Assembly: GCA_964016885.1 (NCBI GenBank)
Contig: CAXHJY010000192.1
Location: 28,170 to 92,169 of the forward strand
Length of the DNA: 64,000 nt
Source of the DNA: Eledone cirrhosa
Lineage: Eukaryota
Reading direction: 5' to 3'
Shown here: positions 54,079-64,000 of the stretch, piece by piece
Layout of the letters: every line of letters begins with the position of its first letter
Numbering within the stretch: position 1 is the stretch's first letter
Program-made: the position numbers and the translations under genes
Notes under the pieces: generated by a model
Database searches by the model: none
Seen by the model: only the letters and a program-made list of their open reading frames with translations
What the model was told of the DNA's origin: nothing

Positions 54079-54478
54079 ATACATATGAATTATATATAGT
54101 TTACAGGTATATACATGAATATGTGGAGTACATGAGGTACTTACAGGTAACAAGAACAAGTGTTTTACGGTCACATACCTGCTAAATTAAGGGTTACCTT
54201 TGCAGGCCCCATAACAAGCTTTACAAAACTGTGTTTAAAATAGGTACACCATACCTCTGGGTGTCATAAGAACTAAAAGAGACGGTGTCAGGAAGGGCAT
54301 TCAGTTGTAAAACAAAGTTTTAAAAAGGACCCCAGGTGTAAAACAAAGCCTTAAAAAGGACATCCAGTTGTAAAACAAAGCCTTAAAAAGGACCCCAGGT
54401 GTAAAACAAAGCCTTAAAAAGGACATCCAGTTGTAAAACAAAGCCTTAAAAAGGACCCCCAGGTGTAAAACAAAGCCT

Positions 54479-54698
54479 TACCCCTTTAGCATTTAAACCA
54501 GCTGTATCCAGCCAGAATTCTCTCCCCTTTTTCTTTTCAAACTGGCTGTAACTGGCCACTCATATGTATGTTAAGGTATTTGTCTCAAAATAAATAATAT
54601 CAAAATCTCATCGATTCGATATTATGTGAGATAATTATGTAAAATATAGCCTTTACCACAAAAAGTAAATATAGAGTAATGAAAATGCTAAAGGGTTA
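54479..54698. mobile_element. piggyBac-like MITE inside a 32-bp minisatellite
   Basis: TIRs ccctttagcatt / aatgctaaaggg, ending in ttaa. Confidence 0.7.
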
Positions 54699-55495
54699 AA
54701 AAAGACCTCCAGGTGTAAAACAAAGCCTTATAAAAGACCCTAGGCAGTGGTGGACTGGGTCTAAAAATATTGGTTGCCAGGAGATGAAGGAGGCCCATCT
54801 ACATATAGAATGAAGGGGGCCCACCTACATATAGAATGCTATCATTTAATTTTTATAATGAATAAATAACATTTTCGAAAAATTCATAAGTGGAAACAAA
54901 ACAGTTCAATCAAATTTTTGCGGAAAAATATCTTACCTTCTCCAATAAAAAATATTATGTATTTTGCAAAATCCAGAGACTTTTAATAATGACCAGAAGT
55001 AGATCCTAAATATAGCTCTAGGAAAGCCATGAACGACACCACATCTTTTTAACTTTGACTTTGAATGTAGGTTTATAATTATCAATTTTCATTATACTTT
55101 TGTAGCTGTCTCATTGGCCTAGCTGGAAGAATCATAGACGGTGGTGATCATAGTCTGAAGTTCTGCTGGTCGGGAGTAGGGTTCCCACTAAACCTTTTCA
55201 ATTTTTTCTATGGGTTGTAAAATAAAAACTGAAAAAGGTTACATGTACCTCTCAACCGGGATTGAACCCATAGCTAGGATCTCCACTGTCTCTAGTTCCT
55301 ACTGCTAGGCCACAGAGACAACTATGAAAATCTTATGAAAATTCATACTTATAAAACCTACTTTCAAAATTTTCAAAAGTTTTGTGGTGTCGTTCATGTC
55401 TTTCTTAATGTTATTGCCCCTACTTAAGGTCGACGTCTAAATCATTTGGGTGTTCCATAAACTACATCCTCGTTTTGTTTCTCATCTATCTAGAC

Positions 55496-57338
55496 CAGCA
55501 TTTCTCAACCAGTGTTCCCCGGAACCCTAGGATTTCGCAAGAGGTCGCTAGGGGTTCCGCGAGAACCAGTGATAAATAAACTAATGTATTTTAAAAAGTA
55601 ATTTTTGTTTAATTTTATATTCGTAATTTTACTATACATTTACGGCATATTGTTGGAAAATCCTTGTTTATTTTAAGAAAGGCTTCAACTTCTTATATTA
55701 TTTAAAACTAGGTCAATATAAGAGATAGATATTAATAATTGTTTCTACTTTAGGCACAAGGCCAGCAATTACCCAGTACATTACTGGTACTTTATTTTAT
55801 TGACCCCGTAAGGATGAAAGGCAAAGTTAACCTCGGCGGGATTTGAACTCAGAATAGCAAGGGCCGTAACTCTATGCGTCAAATCATGGCGTCCGACCTT
55901 CTACCAATACACCGCCCTTAGATCATCATCATCATCATTTTACGTCCGCTTTTCCCTGCTTGCAAGGGTAGGACGGGTCTTATTCAGCACAGCATCTCTC
56001 CACTCGTCACGGCCCCTCATCATCTCCACCATGAGCTTCAATGATCTGAGGTCTGTTCTCACCACCTCCGCCCATGTTTTTCGTGGTCTACCTCTACCAC
56101 GTCTTCCCTCAACTGGCAATTCCTGGCACTTTTTCACCCATCGGTCATCCTCCATGCGCATCACATGTCCATACCACCTCAGTCTCCTCTCCCGTACACT
56201 ACATTCTATCCCTCTCAGACACAGTTTCTCTCTCAACACATTTATGCTGGGTTGTTCACGCACATTTATACTGCACATCTAACGGAGCATGCTTGCCTCA
56301 TTTCTATCCAGCCATCGCATATCCTCTGCAGTTGCTGCCCATGTCTCACTACCATGCAGCATCGCACTCCTCACACAGGCATCATACAACCGGCCTTTCG
56401 TACGCAGGGAGAAACCCGTCTTCGTCAACAAAGGAAGCAGTTCCCTAAACTTCTTCCAACCCGTCCTTATTCTAGATACTATGGCCTCGGAACACCCTCC
56501 TCCCATGCTAATCTGATCTCCTAGGTACCGGAAGCTATCCACCACTTCTATAGCGCCCTCTTGCATTTGAAAAATGTGTCTATCAGTGCGACTTTTACTG
56601 TCTAATTTCCCTGTACATCTACTGCATACATATTTCTCCCTACCTGTTAGTTTGCCTGCTATCCCGCTACATCTCTTGTGTATCCAGGATCTGCATTGTG
56701 TGCATTTTATAGAATTTATGCCAGTTCCTTTTCTGCATATCGAACATGGCCATTTCCCTGACGGAATCAAGGTTTTGTCCTCTTTTCTACTCATCAACAC
56801 TTTTGTCTTAGCTAGATTCACTCTCAGTCCTCTTGCTTCCAACTGCTGTTTCCATAGCCAGAATTTATTCTCTAGCTCCTCTACTGATTCTGCTATAAGA
56901 ACCAGATCGTCAGCATAGAGAAGTTCCCATGGACAGCCAGTCTTAAACTCCTCTGTTATGGCTTGGAGGACTATAATGAACAAGAGCGGACTGAGGACCG
57001 AACTCTGTACTCCTACTTGTATCTGGAATTCCTCACTAAACTCCATTCCTACCCTGACTTTACTGAGAGTACCTCTGTACAAAGTTTGCACTGTCCTCAC
57101 AAGCCATTCCTCAACACCTAGCTTCCTTAGGGACCACCAGATGACAGATCGGGGTACCCTATCAAAGGCCTTCTCTAGGTCAACAAAGGCTAAGTATAGT
57201 GGCTTATTCTTCTCTAAGAACCTCTCTTGCAATTAGATAGATATTAATAATGGTATATAATAATTTTTATGTAGGGGTTCCCTGAGACATGAACCTATTT
57301 CAAGGGTTCCACAAGGGTAAAAAGATTGAGAAACGCTG
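55496..57338. mobile_element. hAT (Charlie-like) MITE interrupted by a retroelement insertion
   Basis: TIRs cagcatttctcaa / ttgagaaacgctg. 8-bp TSD atctagac at 55488-55495 and 57339-57346. Confidence 0.8.
55921..57232 (-). mobile_element. RTE-clade LINE, 5'-truncated, RT domain with one premature stop
   Basis: FVDLEKAFDRV, LSPLLF and LLYADDL motifs. TAG at 56279-56281 where the copy at 1-575 has TGG. (GAT)n tail. Confidence 0.93.
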
Positions 57339-58090
57339 ATCTAGACTATATTTAAACCTGTAATCCATGTTTCATTTCTGTTGCACCTCATTTCTCCCCC
57401 TCACCTCTCTCTCTGTGATATTTGAATCTAGTATGATTTAGGGTTACTTTATTTGTATATATGTTTTTGAATGTCAGATTCAAACTTACAATGATTGGCA
57501 TTATCATCATCATCATTTTACGTCCGCTTTTCCCTGCTTGCAGGGGTGGGACGGGAACTGATTCTGGCTTGATTTCTACAGCTGGATGCCCTTCCTAACA
57601 CCAACCTCATTTACAGTGAGTGCTGGGTGCTTTTTTGCTGTGGCACCTCCACGACCACTTTGCAGTGGAATGATAGGGACCCCAGTCCCTATGATCTCAT
57701 TTCTACAGCTGAGTAAACTGGAGCAATGTGAAATAAAGTGTCTTGCTCAAGGAAACAACACATCACCTGGTCTGAGAATTGAACTCACAACCTTTCGATT
57801 GCAAGGCCAATGCTCTAACCACTAAGCCATGTGCCTATATATATATATACAGTGGCGGACTAGGTCTAAAAATATTTGTTGCCAGGAGATGAAGGGGGCC
57901 CACCTACATATAGAATGCTATCATTTAATTTTTATAATGAATAAATAACATTTTCAAAAAATACATAAATGGAAACAAAAGAGTGCAATCAAATTTTTGT
58001 GGAAAAATATCTTACCTTCTCCAATAAAAAATATGTATTTTACGAAATCCAGAGACTTTCAATAATGACCTTTGGTCTTTCACACTCACT

Positions 58091-58140
<50 letters not shown>

Positions 58141-58238
58141 ATATATATATACACACACCACCTTTACCACTAATTGACTTGACAGATGTCTTTAAACCAT
58201 TATTACCAAATATTATTTGGTCAGTAGTTCGTGTGTAA

Positions 58239-58276
<38 letters not shown>

Positions 58277-61200
58277 TTGTGTGTGTGTCTATATATGTAT
58301 GTTTGAATACACTATGTATGAGTGAATACACTAAGCTTTAGATTTAGTAGAATGTACACCCACTGATTCCAGCTATCTGTACTATATTTTAGTTTCTAGT
58401 AATTCCCTGGAGAATTGGTTGACCAAATGCTTTGCTTAATTGTTTTTTTTTTGTTTTTCTTTTAAATGTTATCCTTTCTCTTAGAAGTCAGCTATTTTTT
58501 AAATCAAAGCATTGGCCCCTGAAATACTAGTCAGCCCTGCATTGCTAATGTGGGCTCTTGCAATGCTACCATGGGTCCCCTGGAGCCCACTTGTCATTGG
58601 GCAACCTAGGTATAAAACAAAGCCTTAAAAGGGACCCCGTATCAAACATAACAACATACAAGCAACAGAACAAAATAAAAGAGAACTTGATATTATGTAA
58701 GCCGCTTTAAAACTATAGACCCATGTCAACCAGCCCACCTTAGTCCCTTCTAATTTAAGTTATCACAACATATGTAATATGTATGATGATTATGTTTTTC
58801 AGTAGAAAAAGCTCAATGAAATTTGTCAGGAGCATCAATAAATCAAATTAAAAGATATATATAGAGCGAAAAAGCCATATATCATTTGTGAAACACATCA
58901 CGAGAGGAATTGTTTTTGTTAAATTCCAATAGAGTTCAACATATCTTTATATCTGTCGGATCCGAGAGTAAACCAAAACCATAGACAGCATGGTGTGAGA
59001 ACGTTTTAACTGCGGCAACAGATACAAACAGAACTGACTTAAAGGTATCTTGTACTCTACCCAGCCCATACTGTAAAGTGGACTTGTAAAAGACACGACA
59101 AAAACCACCCAGTCCACACTGTAAAGTGGACGTGTAAAAGACACAGCAAAAAGTACCCAGCCCACACTGTAATAGATGTGTAATGACATGGCAAAAACCA
59201 TCCAGTACACACTGTAAAGTGGACGTGTAAAAGACACAGCAAAAAATACCCAGCCCACACTGTAATAGATGTGTAATGACATGGCAAAAACCACCCAGTA
59301 CACACTGTAAAGTGGACGTGTAAAAGACACGGCAAAAGTGTAAATGTGGTTGGTGTTAGGAAGGGCATCCAGCCATAGAAAACCAGCCAGAAACACCCCT
59401 ATATGAGCGAGACATGGTCACCCAACCCAACTTGCCTCTAAATGGGACCCGTCTAACCCATGCTAGCGTGGAAGATGGACGTTAATCGATTATGATGATG
59501 ATGATGATTCCTCTGATTAGTTTCATGTCTCCCATAGCTTTACCAAAATCAATAGCTGTTAATTTATTACTTAGATCATTTTTTTTCTTCAGTTTACGAA
59601 CTATGAACTGTTACCATAAGGAAAATAAGAACTTTTCCACCATCAAGTATCTATTTTTTCATATATATTATGTGCTCTATATATATGTACAAAATACTGT
59701 TTCTCGAAAGATATATGGCTCTTTCTCATCATCATCGTTTAACATCCATCTTCCACGCTAGCATGGGTTAGACGGCAATTGTCCCACTTGAGGCAAGATT
59801 GGTGGGAGACCATGTCTCGCTCATACAGAACTGTCCCTGGCAGGTTTTCTACGGCTGGATGCCCTTCCTAACACGAACCACATTTACAGTGTGGACTGGG
59901 AGCCTTTTTACTGTGTCTCCTACACAACCACTTTACAGTGTGGACTGGATATTCTGTGGTACCAACATAATTTTACAGAGAAAGGGTGGTGTGACCGGAA
60001 GTGGGAGGATGGAGTAAGGGTAGTGGGTTGGGGTGTATATTTGGTTAAGAAGTGCCTACTGACTTTACATAAGGGAAGGCACTATATATATATATATTGT
60101 AAACTGGTCGTGTAGGCATCACAACAAAAAGCACCCAGCACTCACTGTAAATGAAGTTGGCATTAGGAAGGGCATCCAGCTGTAGAAACCAAGTCAGAAT
60201 CAGTCCTTTATGAGCAGGACATGGTCACCTGACCTGGCATTGCCCACAACAGGACAACCCGTCTAACCCATGCTAGTGTGGAAAATACACATAGTGGTGA
60301 TTATGATGATATATGTATATACACACAGATATCATTTCATTTTACGTCCGCTTTTTCTCTGCTTGCAAGGGTGGGACGGGAACTGATTCTGGCTTGATTT
60401 CTACAGCTGGATGCCCTTCCTAACACCAACCTCATTTACAGTGAGTGCTGGGTGCTTTTTTGCCGTGGCACCTCCACGACCACTTTGTAGTGGAATGATA
60501 TGGACCCCAGTCCCTATCATCTCATTTCTACAGCTGAGTAAACTGGAGCAATGTGAAATAAAGTGTCTTGCTCAAGGAAACAACACATCACCCGGTCTGA
60601 GAATTGAACTCACAACCTTTCGATTGCAAGGCCAATACTCTAACCACTAAGCCATGTGCCTCCACCATATATATATATGTCATTATCATATATATATGTA
60701 TATGTATGTTATGTTGGTACCACAAAACACCCAGCCCACACTGTAAAGTGGTCGTGTAAAAGACATGACAAAAAGCACCCAGCCCACACAGTAAAGTGGT
60801 CGTGTAAAAGACATGACAAAAAGCACCCAGCCCACACTGTAAAATGGTCATGTAAAAGACATGACAAAAAGCACCCAGCCCACACTGTAAATGTGGTTGG
60901 TGTTAGGAAGGGCATCCAGCTGTAGAAATCTAGCCAGAAACAGTCCCATACGAGCGAGACACGGTCACCCGACCAATCTTCCCCCAAGTGGGACAATTCC
61001 CATCTAAACCATGCTAGCGAGGAAGTTAAACAATGATGATGATGGGATGGTCATAGTTGGAATGTCTTTCATCATAGGTCTATTCAATCAAGGCTGCAGC
61101 CCTGAGACTAAACTGCAACAACAACAATAGTAACAACAATAAATTACCTGTAACAGATGTGCACAAATTAGGTAATTAGTTAGTTCTAAATTTTAAACTA

Positions 61201-61641
61201 TTTCACCTCGTTAACTTGATAAAAGAGCAAAAAAAAATAAATTAAATAAATTAAATAAAATAAAAAAAATTATCAAATATTTTTTTATTTTTGTTATTTT
61301 TTTTTTTTATTTTTTTTAGAGAAGACAAATGAAATAAATTTCTTTTCTTTGAGAAACAATGAAATAATTTGATAAAAAATACCAAAAATAATTTTAAGAA
61401 ATAAATTTTATGAATATGAGACTGAAAAAATGGTTAATGAAACTTTTTTTTGTTTAGCCAATTTTTTTTTCATGGGTGGTGGAGTGGGAAGAACTTAGCC
61501 TAAATTTTCCTTCTTTTTTTCCTAAATTACTCACAAAACATGTAACAAGCATATTAGCACAATATAAATAAACATTAGTAATAATAATAATATTATTATC
61601 AATAATAAGTTTTTGTTGTTTTTTTAATATTATTATTAAAG

Positions 61642-62790
61642 CTACCTTAAAAAGTCAAACGAAATTAATTCTTTCAATTGTGTTGGAAGATTTAAATCTT
61701 TCACCTTATCCAATTTTCTTCCTAACTGCTGGCGTATAGTAAGTGCACAGATGTCTGCGAGAGATTTAGGGTTGCCAACCAGTTCCAAAAGCCACAACAT
61801 AACTTCCTCATGGGGACTGTCCCTAAAAGGAGGGTTCTTTAATCGTAACCAACTCTCAGAATTTACATTGTAACCAGAATGCACAAGTAATTTTATCATT
61901 TTCGAATCTGCCCTGAGAGTGGCAGTATATAAAGGTGAATGTCCTGCATTGTTGGCTGTGTTAAGTCTAACATTTTCTGTAATTAAATACTTAGCCACTT
62001 CATACCTGTTGTGGTAAACGGCCAGGTGGAAGGCAGTGAAACCGTGAAGGGTTTGTCCTTCTACGTCAATTCCACAGCTAACTAACAGTTTCACTATGTG
62101 TAAGTGTCCACAGCTTGCAGCTATGTGAAGGGCCGTTTCATTATCGTTCGTAGTCCTATTGATATCGGCACTTACCCGGATCAACATTTCCACAACCTTT
62201 ATGTAACCATAGCAGGTTGATGTGTGTATAGGCGCCCACCCGTCCCTATCAACCATATCAACTTTGGCACCATACCGAATTAGTAGTTCGCAAATATCCA
62301 AATGTCCCAGGCATGTCGCAGCATGTAACGGTGTAAAGCGGTCCATTTGAGCAATATTAACACTGGCTCCCATTCGGATTAAATACTCAGCAATTTGGAC
62401 GTGTCCATGTGTAGAAGCCCAGTGCAAAGCTGTTTTCTCGTCGCCGTCTCGACAGTCGACATCAACACCGACTTTTAAAAGGGCCTGTACATAGTTCAAA
62501 TGACCCTTGGCAGCGGCGATATGGATGGGTCGCCGAAACCAAATGTGGTCAGTAAAATCAGGCTGGGCCAAATCACAGTTGGCCTCAATAAGCATGTTTA
62601 AAACATCTATGTTACCTCGTTCGGAAGCTACACATATCGGACTGTAGCCTTCCAACACGAAACATGGACAAACATTTTTCTCTTTGATATATCTTCGGAC
62701 TTTGTCCACGTCGTCATAGGAAATTGCTTCCAACAGTTCCCGTTGACCAAATTCACCTCCCGTCGTGTAGCTACATGGTAGCATCTTCAT
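61642..62790 (-). CDS. ankyrin-repeat and SOCS-box protein (ASB-like), 382 aa, single coding exon
   Basis: About 8 ankyrin repeats (TALHWAS, TPLHAAT, TALHIAA and others) and a C-terminal SOCS box PKSLADICALTIRQQLG...LNLPTQLKELI. Intact ATG to stop. Confidence 0.93.
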   Translation of the reverse strand: MKMLPCSYTTGGEFGQRELLEAISYDDVDKVRRYIKEKNVCPCFVLEGYSPICVASERGNIDVLNMLIEANCDLAQPDFTDHIWFRRPIHIAAAKGHLNYVQALLKVGVDVDCRDGDEKTALHWASTHGHVQIAEYLIRMGASVNIAQMDRFTPLHAATCLGHLDICELLIRYGAKVDMVDRDGWAPIHTSTCYGYIKVVEMLIRVSADINRTTNDNETALHIAASCGHLHIVKLLVSCGIDVEGQTLHGFTAFHLAVYHNRYEVAKYLITENVRLNTANNAGHSPLYTATLRADSKMIKLLVHSGYNVNSESWLRLKNPPFRDSPHEEVMLWLLELVGNPKSLADICALTIRQQLGRKLDKVKDLNLPTQLKELISFDFLR

Positions 62791-63205
62791 TTATATGGAG
62801 ATACTAACCGTTTCTAGCTTCACTCCACAGCTCCCTTCGTCGTTCTTCCTTATTAAGACGGTCGCTACAGCAAACCAAAATGTCTTTTCGATAATATTTT
62901 CTTCCCAAACATCGAAGCGAAGATTATTGTATAACTTCATAACCGTTTTATGCAGTTGTAATTATTAAACTTGCCAATTAGATCCATTTTTTTTTTTTTA
63001 ATTGTGTAGATATTTCCTTGTTTCTTTTCTCTTGTTAATTAAAATAGTGTATGTGTCCCTTTAGAATGCAAAATATGAAGTTTATGCTGTCACTGGTGAT
63101 AATGATGATGATTGTCTGTAAATGGTGAATTTTTTGGTCTTTTGAAGAAGCTCAGCTCGCCTTAGGGAGCCGAGTCTAACATCAGATCGCTTGTTTGAAT
63201 TGAAA

Positions 63206-63240
<35 letters not shown>

Positions 63241-64000
63241 GGTGTGTGTATAATTGAAAATATATACATACATATATATAATATATGATATATATAGTAT
63301 ATATAAAAAATATATATAGTATATAAAATATGTGATATATATATATGATATATATAATATATATATGATATATGTAATATATATGTGATATATATAATAT
63401 ATATATATGTGATATATATAATATATATATATGTGATATATATAATATATATATATAAAATATATATAATATATATATATAAAATATATATATATTAAAG
63501 GAAGGATATCGCCACAAAAGAGTAGGAAGGAAAAGGAGTCCCAGGTTTGGTGATGGAGATGTTGCAATAATAAAATAAAGTTAACATGTAACGATGAACT
63601 ATTATTAAACAAATAATGGATATTTTGGGGTGAGGAAGGATTGGAATTTTTTTGTGTGTGACTTAATTAAATGTTGGAGGAGATGTGGTACCTTTCAAGA
63701 AAGCAAATAAAGGCAGAAATCTTCGGATTGATATCTTTTTTCTTCTCTTTTTCATTAGGAAGAATACAATGTCTCCTTTATACATAAAACCTTAACACTC
63801 TTCCCATCATATATCAAACGTAAAATTAATAAGATATTTCCTCATTGTACTGTGCTGTTTGCTTTGTTATTTCTGTTTGCCTTTTGTATATATATATATA
63901 TATTGTTTGTGTGTGTGTACAACACAAACTGGTAATTTTGTGGTTGTTTGTATAAAGAGGTTTGTGTGTGTGTGTGTATATATATATATACATCACACTT

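Overview
AT-rich, repeat-dense animal genomic DNA. The SINE, RTE and microsatellite content suggests an octopod cephalopod, which is an inference. Host genes: the first three coding exons of a PAQR3-like gene (minus strand, exons at 24579-24895, 6773-6935 and 1718-1870, continuing off the left edge) and an intronless ankyrin-repeat/SOCS-box gene (61642-62790, minus). The rest is RTE, CR1 and Tx1-like LINE fragments, tRNA-derived SINEs, hAT, piggyBac and Tc2-like MITEs, minisatellites and microsatellites. Two things stand out. (1) A decayed endogenous rhabdovirus-like element (about 35611-38085) with a nucleoprotein gene, an intact gene-junction signal and a P-position ORF, ending in poly(A) and bracketed by a 35-bp direct repeat. 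(2) About 18 type I hammerhead-ribozyme motifs, folded by eye. Several sit inside non-coding units of 497, 537 and 630 bp that are integrated as more than one circularly permuted copy. A near-identical 615-bp unit is repeated about 8.2 times and has only a partial, variant hammerhead. This looks like a family of large retrozyme-like (circular RNA-derived) or Penelope-dependent elements. No searches or folding programs were run.
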